A DNA stretch of 53,040 nucleotides, the filler included, from Diploschistes diacapsis (Eukaryota), in assembly GCA_023645945.1 (NCBI GenBank). It is 3 parts of 3 records of this genome, joined end to end, with 100 filler letters (N's around TTAATTAATTAA, not from the genome) between each part and the next. Parts side by side here need not be neighbours in the genome. Positions count along the whole stretch, not along the records: positions 17,733 to 35,357 come from JALAIB010000447.1; positions 35,458 to 53,040 come from JALAIB010000448.1; 1 more part is not named here. One strand, given 5' to 3'. Made by a program: the position numbers and the translations under genes. The notes beneath the pieces were generated by a model that saw nothing but the letters and a program-made list of their open reading frames with translations, was not told the DNA's origin and made no database searches. This document shows positions 22,720 through 35,751 of the stretch, in pieces (the first letter of the stretch is position 1; every line of letters begins with the position of its first letter).

Positions 22720-24711
22720 GAGTATGCCAGCTGCGACGTCAAGCTATCCAACTCGCGCTCATAGTAGATACGTATGTTGAGAAATGGCATAAAAGTACTG
22801 GCCCAGGAACTCCCTAAGGTCCTTAGCAATGCTAATAGCGTTCTCGGCCTTCTTCTCGGGCAAACTTCCTCGGGTGACCACGGCATTGGCTCCGTGATAT
22901 CTGCTGAGCCCTCACTAGCAACCTTAACCGTCCCAGCCAAGCCATTGACAGCATCTTGCACCAACCCAACGCTCTCGCCAGTAGCTCCAGTAGCCTTACA
23001 GTTACAGATGGCTTCGCGAACCTAGTGCACGGCTCTACATTCTTACGAACGGTTCGCCACATGCTCGCCTCCTAGGATGAGTAATGCGTGGACGACAAGC
23101 TTGGAGCTGAAACTCTAGGGGGTGCACTGGTATAATCACCTGTGAGAAATCCCCACCTTTGCTTTGATCGGAGAGCGGCTGGGGGCAATGACATGCGGAA
23201 GAGCGCCAGCAGCCTCGACAGCTGCAATGGCGGCGCTTACTTCTCCATGGTTAAAGCCATCAGCAATCATAATTGCGACATGACGAGTTGCAATGGTGGG
23301 TTCCTATGGCGCAAAGCCAACTTGCCTGAGGTTCTTTGCTTTTTGACCTTTCTTGGGGCGACCCTGTTTCTGTGGAAACTCGCCAGCAACCATCTCAGCG
23401 ACGTTCTGGGCTAGCGTAAGATCAATATCCTATATTTGTATCAGCTACGCTCTCGCTAGGTGAGGGGTTCTGCTCACAGCAAGTCTGTGGGACATTCTAT
23501 TATAGACTATCGAGTCAATGCAATGGTCCAGCTCAAAGCCCAGCTCGAGCTCCACATGAGGCTTCTCATGGGGACTAAGGGAATTGTAGAACGTTTGCGC
23601 TTGGTTGAAATGCTCCTTGAACCTATCTGCCTTGAGGCAGGGCTTTGATCCAGCCAGTTTCTCTGGATAACTCAACCTTAGTTGGAGGAACTGTGTCATA
23701 TCGATTTGGCCAGCAATCTATGGTGCCTTTATGGATACGATGTTGGTTCGTTTCATCACAGCTATGTTGGTTGAAGACAGGGCAAACAGGCCTGTCGATT
23801 AGCAGTTGTTTAAAGTTAACGCCGAGGCGAGAGATTAGTATTGAGATAGGAAAGGTTTTGACCCTGCAGAAGTGGATCGTTTGAAAAGTCCATCCCGGGA
23901 ACAATATGGCTGGGGCAGAAAGCTACCTGCTCGACTATGTGAATCTCTCGTTCGGGTTGCGGTTCAATTCAAGCTGGCCGATCCAACGGACATGCACTGG
24001 CTCCTCGGGCCAAAGTTGAGTAGAGTCTAGGGATATCGACGTTCCTTTTTCTTCGGGGGATCAGTTGCAAACCGAGTTTCCACTTATGGTAAGCGCCATG
24101 CTCAATTGCCTCCCAAAGATCCTTATGAGAATAATCGGGTCCTGGCCGGCAACTTTTCAGAGACTCGTCCCATACCAGCGAGTGAAGGCCGAGTTTGGGT
24201 TTCCAGCGGAATTTCACAAAATATCTCTTTCCTTCCTTATTAATGAGGCAGAAGGTATTCACTCCGAACCCTTGCATCATGCGGTAACTTCACGGAAAAG
24301 TCCTGTCGGACACAGCCCACATGTAGTCACGTGACTCCCACAACCACTATGTGCGCAAGGATAGGTTATTTAAGTTCAGAATATCATCCTTCTTCCACTT
24401 CGACTGAAGTCGCCATGTGCAGTTTGTGCCTGTGGCACCTCGTTGTGCGGCTGGGGCTTAGCGGCATGGACTATTCTGATACAGCTCTCAAATAACGTGA
24501 AGGTGCCAAAGGCTCCATTGCCACGGGCATGCACGATCCGCTCGGGGAATACGTTCGTGATCAAAGTGGTTGATCCGTTCCCTAGCGATATAGTCCTCGA
24601 GGAGATGTTTGTGCGAGCGATACCGACGCCCTAGTCGGTTCTGTGCGTAAGGTTATCAGGATCAACAATATCCCTCTGCAGGTCAGCCTGCTTCTTGTCC
24701 TGCTGGGCCAT
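22720..24711 (-). pseudogene. catA: Large-subunit (clade 2, CatA/CAT-1 type) catalase pseudogene
   Basis: [118 protein letters not shown], and a decayed C-terminal DJ-1-like domain. Many frameshifts and stops plus an internal deletion. The 3' end is approximate. Confidence 0.9.
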
Positions 24712-25406
24712 GTCGAAAGTCCGTTGTACAACGTTGGTGATTAAAGCATAACAGACAACCGCACAATGGAAACGAGTGTATTCAGTAGATGGGAGAAGAG
24801 AAATGGAACCATAGCTGAAACCTCAACGCTCGTACTTCCTATCTATTTGACGACGCCGTGCTTTTTCGGGCAATTTCCATGTTTCTTCAAGATCCATGAG
24901 GCTAACATAACAGTATCAATGGCATCGGATTATCCAGTGGGAGGATAAAGGTTGAATATAAGTCCTTGATAAAGGTATTGTTGTTCGTCATGAATGCTCG
25001 GGACCTTGTATCCGTGACTTTGTGACTTCATAAAAAATCTTCATCAATAATTCGCCACAAGCATGGGATAGGATGGGTATTCCCAATTGACATGAGGAGA
25101 ATGCCATAGATCAGCAGAAATCATGCTAGCAGTCGGACAAGGCTAAACCGATAACATCAATGCCCATCATTACCCAATCTATATTCACCTAATTTGTAGT
25201 CATAGATACACTGGGCTACGACAAGAAAACTGAGGGACGTTTTGGAGGCTCGAAGAAGTCGTGATGCTTTGCAATCTTGTTTTTGAACTTCGTATATAAT
25301 CTGCATGGGCTTCCAGCCCCACTTCCTGGCTGTAATTAATGGGCAAACAGATACTCGTGCTTACTTCCTGAGAGTAAGAATCTTTGCAGGATATTGCCAT
25401 ATGAGC

Positions 25407-28400
25407 TCATTGCAACATATCATCAAGGCTCTCCCCCAGTACGTCCTCAATCTTTCTTGCCCACTTGCGAACCTCCCTTTCGACGTCCTCGTCATCGTCT
25501 TCCATCGCTTCACTGATTGCTGGAAGCATTTCGGGCAGGAGGTTCAGCCATTCCTCTCCCAGACTTTCGGTTAAGCTCAGCTCACAGCGGATGGCTGCAA
25601 ACCTTATTTTTGCATCGTCCGAGTGAAGGTGCTCCAGAATTCTCGAGTTAATGAACTTCAGGTGGTCGGGCGAATCAGCGGCTGTGGCAAAAGACGTAAT
25701 GCAGGGGATTAATTTAGAATCTGCGTTTTTCGCGTGAGCTTGCCCAAGCTGGGCAAGCAAAGGAGTGGCCATCGTAGTGAAACGGCTTGGAGATCTCCAG
25801 AATTCTGCCACGCTTAGTATGCTCCGCATATAAAATCTGGCAATAGCTTACCATCTTGGTCGTGCTCAAACATTGCGCTTAGAGTCATTATTACTCGGTC
25901 CCATAATGCTGACTTATTATCTTGAGAGCTATTATATTCCGTTAAGATCCCAGCTGCCTGATCGATAATGTAGGTAGCGTAGCCGGTTACAATCGACTTT
26001 GCTTGTCAGCGAGTCTACAATACAACTTTTTGGCACGGAGGCTCACCTGAAGAGTACCAAAGAAATGGGATAAGAAAGAGAACCAACTGGTCTCCCGTTG
26101 GATCCTGCCTTTTCTTTGATTTTTGTTTTTCAGAGAGGTCGCCCACTCTGTCATTCTAACGAAGAGTGGCCTGAAATGGGTGTCGTTCATTTTGTAGATC
26201 ATTTTGATCATAATCTCGTTTCTCGTGTCCTCAATGCGCTCTAATTGTTGTATGTTCAAACGAACCTCTTCCGGAATTGCGTCCTGAGACCGTCTAATAT
26301 CTAGAATGCTCAAGAAGAGTGTCGTGAGTAGTTGAGATTCCTTGATGATCGTCGACTTCGGATGTCTTTCAATCACCTTCCCGAGAACTATAAAATACTC
26401 AGAAATAGGCTCTGCACCTCTTTTTAGGGCTTCGTCCCAAGATCGTTGTAATGCCTCAATGCTATCGTGTGCACTAGCCTGTTTAGCAAGTACTTCCAAA
26501 GTATCGTTGCGCACTTGATAGCAACTAGAATCGATATCCAATTGCGCAGAATCATATGATAATTTCAAGAAGCGATCCAGGTAGTTCCCCGTGATCATCC
26601 AAGGGAGGTAAAGGAACAACGAGCTGAAGAAAGAGAAGATAGCCCGTTGTAAGGGAGCTTTCTGGAGTCCCTTGCCCACGCTTTGTTCTAGTATATCTAG
26701 GGACATGGGCAAAATAGAGGGAATCAGTGGTATGACTGCTTCCCTCAATACCTCGACTAAAGTTATCAAGCATAGGAAGCTCATGACTTGAATATCGAGC
26801 TGAGTACTTCCTAGACAATTGTTGCTCAATATAGCTTTGGCTGCTTTGTTCGTTGCTTCAAAATTCTTCTTCCCGTATTTATCGGCTATGCGATCAATGC
26901 AAACGATTGTTGTACGCTTGAGCAGAGCATCTTGAGTGTTACCAAGAAGGTTGATCAGCTGTGGGAGAAGACGGAAGCATGCATCTTCGGAAGCTCGATC
27001 TCCGAGCTTTGCGAATCCGATCCTCTGCTCGAAAGATGTCAGAACCTGCTGGCGAACAGTGTCAACTCCGTCCTGTAGCAAAGTGTCAAGGGATGTCAAC
27101 GATTCCGCTAGCGGTAGGAAGCCTAATAGAGAGTCTAGTATTGAGCTACAAGGCTCTTGCAGGTTGGCGAAAGCCTTCCCAGCGTGGTTGAGACGCAAAG
27201 CTTGCTCCACCATCGTTGAATATAGAGATCGTATGTCTTTAGCTTCTTCACCGCCTTTTAAGATTGCCTTTGCTACTCTATGGGAAAGACGAGAGGCCTT
27301 CAAAAGCTGGAGAGGCAACTCTACCAGAGTCTTCGAGATCGCGTCCCGATTTTTTCCTTTGTCGGCACCTAGGATCTGCCGCACTATGGTAGGCTCTGGT
27401 TTTATTGAGTCCAAACCTACCTCGATACAATTTCGAATCGTCTGGCTAGTGTTCAGCTCAAGCTAGAGAAAGAATATAACTCCTTACCTTTAGCTGCACA
27501 ACCGATGAATACTGCGCCATTATGTTCGCTGAAAACTCCTTTAACGCTGGCTTCTCACCGTGTCTGTCTGTGAGGATTATTAGAAGCACATGAAGGTAAT
27601 CTTCTTCTCCCAGTTTCTCAAGCACTGCTGTCAGTAGCTTAAGCTTTCGATGGTTAGGTATATGCTCAAAAGCAGCTGCGAAGCTTAGAATTAGTTCTGC
27701 TGCGCCGCCAAGGGGACCGCCTTTTCTTCTGCGGAAAGAGGTTATCAGAGGTGGAATTATAGATTCAATGGTACTGTCAACTACTCGGGCTGTGTGCTCG
27801 TCACCCTGCCGTAGAACAGAACTCCCCATGAAAGTGAAGATTGGCATGATACTGTGGACAATAAGGTCTGGAGCTAGTGGAGCAAGACCTGACAAAAATC
27901 GAAGAGCTTCGCGCTGGACCTGGGTACTGGTCGAACTTCTGAAGCAATCAATCACTATATCGACCCTTATAGATTGCTGGTCAATAGGTGATGTTCCTGG
28001 CGATTTCGAGTATTGGATAATCCTCGTCATGGAGCTCAGCACAAGTGACTGTGAGTAACTCATATCGCTTCCGATTATAGACGCGCAGCGCTGCAGGTCA
28101 TGCAGAATTTGAAAGAGATATGGCATTAGGCGGGAGTTGTCTCCATTCTTCGAGGCTTCAATCAGTTCCAAGAACAAGATTACCCTACCTAACTTGTCGG
28201 GCACCCCGTTTTCGCTTGGTTCTGCCTGACTCTCGACGGAGCCATCCTTTGTCTTTCGGCGCTTGGCACTTGGTGATTGTCGCTCAATGTCTACTGATAG
28301 ACTTGGAACCTGACTCGCAAAGTCAAGTAGGCTCTCAGCTGGCACAATCACATTCAAAAGAATGTCGCGCGCGGTCTCGATCTTCTGCTGGTCTACCTTT

Positions 28401-30986
28401 TCTTGCGAACGGAGAATGCCAACACGAAATAGAGTATCGGCCCAAGCCTTCTGCAGCTCAATCTTCATTGAGTTCCATACCTCCCGAACGTGCTGAAATA
28501 CTGCATCTTCTAAAGTATGTGGGAAGAACTCGTCGCGTAAACTAATTGCGTTTTGTAAGACGCGATTTCCGTCTGGATCTGAGGGAGACACAATTCCCAC
28601 AAGAAGCGCAGAGAACTCTTTTGGATCGAGCTGCTCCCGTAAACAGGATTGTGCAAAGGCCGCTTCATCTTCACCCAAATGAATCGCGAGTAAGGGTAAG
28701 AAAAGTTGCGCTCTAGTCACATTTCCAATCTTTGACACTCGCTTGAGGATTTTCAACAATTTGTATTTGACCGAGTTCAGGGGTGTCTCTTTGGCATGAC
28801 TTCCAAGGAAGCCGAATATTGAAGCTCTAATGGAACTTTTCAATCCTTTATCCTTGGCGTCTATATTTTTGGCTTGCTGTAACTTGCCCAATGTCTCATT
28901 CAGAATCTTGGAAACATGCTCTGGATCCAAGGCACATTCTTCCAGCTTTTTGATCAGAGCCCCAGAGACGAAATCAACTATATCCGATTGCGAAAGCCAC
29001 CTAATACTTCCGGTACTTTGCGAATTATATAAAGTGTCCTTACCGAGGATTTGCTTGCTTGGAGCTTGACCATCCAAGTCGTATGCTTCTGCAAGTGCGA
29101 GTATCAACCTTATTGCAGCGCGTCTCACGACGTCCGAATGATCAGAGAGTGCACATAAAGCATAAGGGAGTAGAAATTGAGGATCCACTAGACTTTCTAA
29201 ATCTGTCAGAATATTGCAGGCCATTTTTATGGCTTCGGCCCTTGGGGTGGCGGGAAATGGTCCACACCAGAATCGTGCACAGAACGAAAGTGAAAGAATA
29301 CTTCCCTTAACTTCGAAATCTCCAAAGATAGGTAAATTACGGAAGTCATCAACGTCAGATTGCGTTTTCGAAGCCAGAGTAAACGCAGATGCAAGCCGAT
29401 CAAATAGGCTCGAGTCCCATGTGGATAGTAGGGATGTTTCTGAAGCTGCGCCTAGTGGGATTTCATCCTTCGCGGTGGTATATGTAGTCTTGTCCTCTTC
29501 CGGAACTGAACGATCGGCTCCTACATAACCTGCTTGCGGCAAAGGGTCCGTTGTCGGTTGAGAAAGCTTAATATGAAGTAGCTCTTCCAGTTGTTCCAGG
29601 GAAACATCGTTGTCTTTGAGCGCCTTTTCGAAAATGGGCTGTGAAAAGTCTAGCGTCGTAAAAACTTTAATATAGCTTGCCAAATATGTCGCTCCAAGAC
29701 AGTGATCCGGTCCTGAAAGATTCCTGTACTTGGCGATCGTGGTGATATTTTGCGCCAAAGCAGACATTTGCATGTCGTTTAGCCAGTGCTTTCGCATGCA
29801 TACTTGCAGAAGATCAGTGTGCTGTGGTGCTTCACCACTGGCTAGACGCTCCACTATACCCAAGCTCAAAGAGAAAGCAAGGCTGCCGACCTTGTAGCGC
29901 TCGCTCAATAAGACCAGATCTTCGACAAGAGCCTCCGTGGAGATTAATCTTTGGAAGATTGAAGTTGGTAAATCGGTAGCGGTACGTCGCTGGATGAGCA
30001 CAGCAATGCATATCAATTCCGCATGAAAAGTTTCTTTTCTTCCTCCACTAGCAACAGCCTCTACCAAATCAAGTAATACTTTATCATCAAGGTTTGCTTT
30101 TGAGGCGAGAACTGAGAGAATCATGTAACAGCCTACCCTCGCGTCGGGCACAAGTTTCATAGCCAAGCCCTTGCTAAGGACCGGCAACACTCGAAGAAGA
30201 ACATCTTCTTCTTTTTGTCTCTGTGCTTCTCTTCGGCCCGAAGCTGTTTGATCAAGCTGTCCCGCCACCGCTTCCGTCATTACGGTTGCCCAGTATGATA
30301 CCATTACTTGAGAGTAATACCTCTCTTGGCAGCTTTTGATAACATAGTTGTTCCAAGATGTGAAGAAGGCAATGTTGTTTGTGGCTGCGTATGCAACCAC
30401 ATGTCGTGGGGGTGAGGCAAGAGACTGGACGTATGGGTGTAGAAACTTGGTAGCTGGTGAGAGCCTCTTCGGTACAATTGACAAGAGCGTTGCAAAAACT
30501 GGGAGAGTATGATACGGTAGGAACGTGAGAATCAAACACAGTGTGTTATATTCGTGCACCCTATTCAGGAAATTAGCTCCCTTCCAGATCTATGAATATA
30601 CAAACTTACCTGAACCGTCTCACCAGCCACTCTATGGCTTTGATCGCTGGCTGTAACAGCACTTTGCTCCCTACTAGATGGAGAAAGCGCTCCAAAACCA
30701 CATCAAGTTCCTTGTTCTGATCAGTAGTCATTTGAGTTCTCTCTTGACTTTTGCTATGTTCACTGAAGATGCTCTTCGCGAAGGATCTGAACCGAGCATC
30801 GAGAAGACATAGTTCTCGAAAGCCTTCAACGCATAGTTCATATAACGTATCGAAGTCCTGCACCGCGGCGTCACCGGGTTCAAAAATGAGAGACTGCGAA
30901 TGTGCTCGCCGCTGCGCCTTCAGATCAAGCTGGTTGGTGGACTTCGCCGCGATAGTAGCTAATTGAGCTGCAAGCGCCGTCGCCAT
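25407..30986 (-). CDS. UTP10: U3 snoRNA-associated protein 10 (HEATR1), spliced
   Basis: MATALAAQLATIAA..LDLKAQRRAHSQSLIF, EWLVRRFR/VHEYN, VHSIMPIFTFMG, AAAFEHIP.HR, KMIYKMNDTHFRPLF, and C-terminal LLPEMLPAISEAMEDDDEDVE..IEDVLGESL. Confidence 0.95.
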
Positions 30987-31501
30987 GTTGACGAATGGAG
31001 CTTCTCTCCTCTCTAGAGAAGCGGCCACATAAAGTTTTGAAGAATGACTACATGTAGTTTGGAAGGAGATATGATATCCCACTGCAAATTTCGAGCCTTT
31101 TTCCTTAGAAGTATATTTCTCCCGGGCCAAGCCTCGGTTAAAACTTGCTTTAGCGACCTCACCTCATCCGTCCTACACTGCTGTGCAACATAGTAGTGTT
31201 CCATTCATCCACTCCGTATGTTTGATGCCTCATGGCTGAATCAAAGATGTCCGTATCGATTCCACTGATGTGGTATCAAGTTTGAGACCCTGTCTATAAA
31301 AAGGTAGCGCGCTTGTTCCAGGACGTAGGAGCAGCACGGACCGTCAAGGAGGTAGCTTTGTTCGTTTGATGATTTACATTTCGTCTTGATGGTATTGCAT
31401 ACCGATTGAGATTCTTCTTGTGTGTTCCTAAAAGCAATAATATCTGGTCACGGCCTATCTACCGCTATTTCTACCTGAGGGTCACAACGTGCAGCTAGAC
31501 C

Positions 31502-34500
31502 ATGCAACAACAGAAGCCTTCTCATGTTCCAAAGTTCAAGAGCTTTCGGCCTAAACCAACCGTGGGTCAAGATGCCTCTACTGAGGAAAGCCAAAGTCAA
31601 GAACATGTTGGAAGGTATCCGTGGCCGGCACGGACGGACCATGCGGCGATCAGGGAGAAGGGGAGAACATCAAGTAGTCGAGACAAGTGGGAACAGAAGT
31701 TGGGTCGGGAGGCAAGGAAGCTAGATCAACCATCTGAAGAAACGGTCACCAAGGTCTCAAAGAACGAAATCTTCGTAAGCGACAAGCGTGGTGACCAGGA
31801 CAATGTCCGCTATGGATCTATTCACCGCTATGCTAGACCGCAATATAGTCGGGCGGGACGAGGGAGCGTTATGGGACTCCATCGGAGCCTAAAAATTGAT
31901 GTTTCGGAAATGGCGGATAAGGATGTTGTTTTACTTGATACCATGTCTCACAAATTGCGAAACAAACCCATTTTCAGAAGGCTTCGCTCACAGGACGAGA
32001 TTCGGATAAGGGCACAGTCAACCGCGTCTCCAGAAGATCTTTCCAAAGATTATCTGCTTCTCAACGATCGCAAGGTAAGGCTACGAGGCCGGAGTGAAGC
32101 GGGCGAGAAAACCACAGGGGATCTGTCCCAAAGTGATGATGATTATGACGATTATAGATCTATTCAAGGAACGGCAAAGTTGTCCGTGGGAAAGTCTGAT
32201 GTGGATATAGTATCAAACACAGATAATATTGTAAAGGACGACATCCCTTCCCCACGTGTCCTTCCTACACTGGGTGATTCTGGAGCTGCCCTAATAAGGA
32301 TAGTAGAGAAAGAACCCGACAATGCAGAAGCTTGGTTTGATCTTATCAAGCATCAAGATTCTCTACAGATACATCGACAGGCAGGAAAAAGAGCAACTTT
32401 TTCGGAAAAGCAGAGCTCATCCGATATCAAGCTTTCTCTATACGAGAAGGCTTTGAAAAGTGTCAAAGATCCTCATTCTACCGAAATACTCCTCAATGGG
32501 TTATTGATGGAAGCACGGCAAGTTTGGGATGCTGATCGGTTGCGGAAGAAATGGCATGATACAATCGCGAAATACCCTCGCTCTGGATCACTCTGGATTC
32601 ATTACTTGAATTTTCTACAGACTGATTCGATTAGGTTCAAGTTCGACGACGTAAAAGCTTTATATGGCAAGTGCTTTGAAACACTGCGCAGATCTGCGTA
32701 CAAGGGGGATTCACCGGAAGATTTTGAGCACCATGCATACGCTCTTTTGAGGGTTACGCTTCTTCTACGCGCTGCAGATTTCCCAGAGCAAGCCATTGCT
32801 ATTTGGCAAGCGAATTTAGAGTGGAACCTCTGTCGGCCCCCTATCTATGGCAGCACGCTTGCTCCTGATGGTTCGATTGAAATGGTAAAAAAGTCATTGG
32901 AAGAGTTCTGGGATGCTGAGGTACCGAGGATTGGAGAGCCAGGCGCTTTGGGATGGGCTACTTATTCCTTACACCAGCAAGAAGCTTTGGAGCTTGAACC
33001 CAGCCAACAAGGATCAATCGAGACTACTTCAAACCTAGAGAATTGGGAGGAAACGGAAGCACGACAATCAATGCAATGTGTCATGCCTGCAAGGACTACC
33101 GACAACGTGAATGAAAACGACCTGTATAGGGTAGTACTGTTTTCTGATATCGAGGCATTCCTATTAGAGTTTTCTCATTCGGCTTTCTTGCTACTCATCA
33201 ATTCGTTCCTCTTGTTTTGTCAGCTGCCAACCTTGCCATGCAATAGTGGAGTGGCTCGATGGCTGGAGGATAGCTTCATCACAAATGACATATCTGATTT
33301 TTCGGATCTAAAAGATCTTTTTAATCCTAATTCCGATAACTCAGGTTTACTTGAACCAGATATTAATAGGGCTATAGAGAAGACCCCTTTCCATATGGTT
33401 CAAAACAACTTCTGCGTGTCATTGGATACCCTTTATACAAAACCTCAGTTATGGTTTTCAAGTTTTGCCTCTCGCACAAATTCTACAAATGGAACAACTA
33501 AAGCTACTCACTTGGACTGGATCCATCAGATTTTCGAGTCTTTGGCTAACAGTGTTATTACCAATATCGAGTTCTTGGAATACTACGTCGCCTTTGAATT
33601 GCACTTTTTCCCCAACAGAGCCCAGAAGATCGCTAAATCGCTACTTAGGAAACAGCAATCAAATCTTAGACTGTATAACATCTACGCCCTTGTCGAGTCC
33701 CAACTGGGCAAGCTAGATAAGGCGCAAGACGCGCTACGAACGGCCATGATAATGAGCAAGACCAACCCAGACACATCTATATTGCGTCGCACACTAATCT
33801 GGGAAACGCTGCAGTTCCAAGGGCCCGAAGCTGCCCTCTCCCAGCTCCTCGCCACTTTCACAACCGATAACAACAGACAAGTTGCACCAGAAGTCGACGC
33901 CCAAACTCTCCTCTCCCTTCAAAAACACCTCATCGCCACTCGGGACCTCTCTCTCTCCACCTCCTCCCATTTCCAAGCCCTGGCCAATATCGACCTCCTC
34001 ATCCTCCTCGCCTACCTCACCAACCCGTCACCCCTCCAGGCGGCATTAGCAATCTTCACCTCCAACATCGCCCTTCTCTCCGGCCACCTACCACAAACAA
34101 GCCAGACGCACCAACTCCTCCATCAATCCCTCTCACGGCTCCTCCACTACCACGTCACCCACTCCACCTCCTTCCAGCCATCCCTTATCCGTTCCACCCT
34201 TTCTCAAAGCCTCTCCCTCTTCCCAACAAACACCATCTTCCTTTCCCTCTACGCCTGGAACGAGGCTCGGTTTCGGCTCAACGACCGCGTCAGGACCGTC
34301 ATCAGCGACATTCTATATCCCACTACCACATCTCTCAAACCCTCCGTCCCTTCCGCCATCACAGCCTGCAGCCACCTTCTTCCCACCTCAAACCTAATCC
34401 CTTACCTCTTCTCCCTCTCCACCGAGCTCCGTCGCCCAGCGCATATGGGCTCCAACGCACACACCATCCGCGCCGCCTTTGAGCGGGCGCTGGCGGACGA

Positions 34501-34816
34501 GAGCGTCGTGCACTCGGCGGCCGTATGGGAGATGTACTTTCGTTTCGAAGTCTCGTGTGGGGAGGTGAAGAAGGCGAAGGGGGTGTTTTATCGGGCGGTT
34601 GCTGCGTGTCCGTGGGCCAAAGGGCTATATCTGTTGGGTTGGAGGTATTTGAGCGCGATTGGGGGGAAGGTGAAGGAGGAGGAGGACAAGGAAGGGAGGA
34701 AAGGGAAAGGGAAGAGGGAAGAGCACGGATTTATGGGGAGGGAGGAGTTGAGGAGCGTGTGGGAGATGATCGAGGGGAGGGAGCTGAGGATTAGAGTGTC
34801 GCTTGAGGAAGATTGA
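31502..34816 (+). CDS. NRDE2: NRDE-2 / Nrl1 nuclear exosome-RNAi regulator (HAT-repeat protein)
   Basis: 1104-aa ORF with VPKFKSF, DKRGD..RYG, LWIHYLNFLQT, FWDAEVPRIGE, YRVVLFSDI, LFPTNTIFLSLYAWNE, and FYRAVAACPWAK..ELRIRV. Confidence 0.88.
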   Translation: MQQQKPSHVPKFKSFRPKPTVGQDASTEESQSQEHVGRYPWPARTDHAAIREKGRTSSSRDKWEQKLGREARKLDQPSEETVTKVSKNEIFVSDKRGDQDNVRYGSIHRYARPQYSRAGRGSVMGLHRSLKIDVSEMADKDVVLLDTMSHKLRNKPIFRRLRSQDEIRIRAQSTASPEDLSKDYLLLNDRKVRLRGRSEAGEKTTGDLSQSDDDYDDYRSIQGTAKLSVGKSDVDIVSNTDNIVKDDIPSPRVLPTLGDSGAALIRIVEKEPDNAEAWFDLIKHQDSLQIHRQAGKRATFSEKQSSSDIKLSLYEKALKSVKDPHSTEILLNGLLMEARQVWDADRLRKKWHDTIAKYPRSGSLWIHYLNFLQTDSIRFKFDDVKALYGKCFETLRRSAYKGDSPEDFEHHAYALLRVTLLLRAADFPEQAIAIWQANLEWNLCRPPIYGSTLAPDGSIEMVKKSLEEFWDAEVPRIGEPGALGWATYSLHQQEALELEPSQQGSIETTSNLENWEETEARQSMQCVMPARTTDNVNENDLYRVVLFSDIEAFLLEFSHSAFLLLINSFLLFCQLPTLPCNSGVARWLEDSFITNDISDFSDLKDLFNPNSDNSGLLEPDINRAIEKTPFHMVQNNFCVSLDTLYTKPQLWFSSFASRTNSTNGTTKATHLDWIHQIFESLANSVITNIEFLEYYVAFELHFFPNRAQKIAKSLLRKQQSNLRLYNIYALVESQLGKLDKAQDALRTAMIMSKTNPDTSILRRTLIWETLQFQGPEAALSQLLATFTTDNNRQVAPEVDAQTLLSLQKHLIATRDLSLSTSSHFQALANIDLLILLAYLTNPSPLQAALAIFTSNIALLSGHLPQTSQTHQLLHQSLSRLLHYHVTHSTSFQPSLIRSTLSQSLSLFPTNTIFLSLYAWNEARFRLNDRVRTVISDILYPTTTSLKPSVPSAITACSHLLPTSNLIPYLFSLSTELRRPAHMGSNAHTIRAAFERALADESVVHSAAVWEMYFRFEVSCGEVKKAKGVFYRAVAACPWAKGLYLLGWRYLSAIGGKVKEEEDKEGRKGKGKREEHGFMGREELRSVWEMIEGRELRIRVSLEED

Positions 34817-35357
34817 GAGGAGGTGGGCTCAATGTATTAGGGCTCTTTGGGTGCAGAGGTTGGAAGCGAAGGAAAGATACCTGCAGTGCACTGGTGAAGG
34901 CCGCGTATGGGAGTCAAAGAACGAAGCTTCTAAAGACATATCGTAATAGCACCTTATACGATTCTAGATAAAGCATGTGTCGCATACTATCTCATACTAA
35001 GTAAAAGGCCGTGTACGTGTATCTGGCTAGCAGGTCTGGGTATCGAAGCAAATCAGAGCCGAAGCCACCCTCCCTCCCCTCTCACCTTCTCTCGTAAAAG
35101 AAAAGCGTTCATGCTATAATTCCGAAATATTAGCATCCTCCAACTCCTTGCTTACGGAGAACGACCCGCCATATGCCCCCTGAATCAAGATAAATAGCAA
35201 ACAGAAAAAGGCAAGCAGATAAACATCAAGGAAAACCACCAGAGCCGTAGACAAGGCCAGCCCCAAGCATGCTGCCACTATAGCCAAAATGTAGACGATG
35301 CCAGCGTCTCCCAAACCTCGACTCTAAATCCTAAACTGCACATCAAGCCCCCCAGCC

Positions 35358-35457
35358 NNNNNNNNNNNNNNNNNNNNNNNNNNNNNNNNNNNNNNNNNNN
35401 NTTAATTAATTAANNNNNNNNNNNNNNNNNNNNNNNNNNNNNNNNNNNNNNNNNNNN
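35358..35457. other. Artificial assembly gap/linker
   Basis: N44-TTAATTAATTAA-N44. Confidence 0.97.
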
Positions 35458-35751
35458 TGTGCCCTGCTCCCACCTAGATAGTTCCTTCTTCACCTTTTCG
35501 AATCTGAACCATTCAGCCTACAGATTGCAGCTACACGTGATCCTTCCAGATTAGGCTCAGCCCCTGGTTGTGTAGTATTCCTGTAGGGGCGTTCTAAATC
35601 TATAGGATCAGATATAACTACTATTCGATCTATAGGGCTTTAAATTAATCATTTTTAGAGATATTTTATTTCAAATATTTATTATTATAGTTTTGTTATT
35701 ATATCACGTGCACGGGTATTAGGGTCTGCTCGGGTACTAGGGTCACGACTC

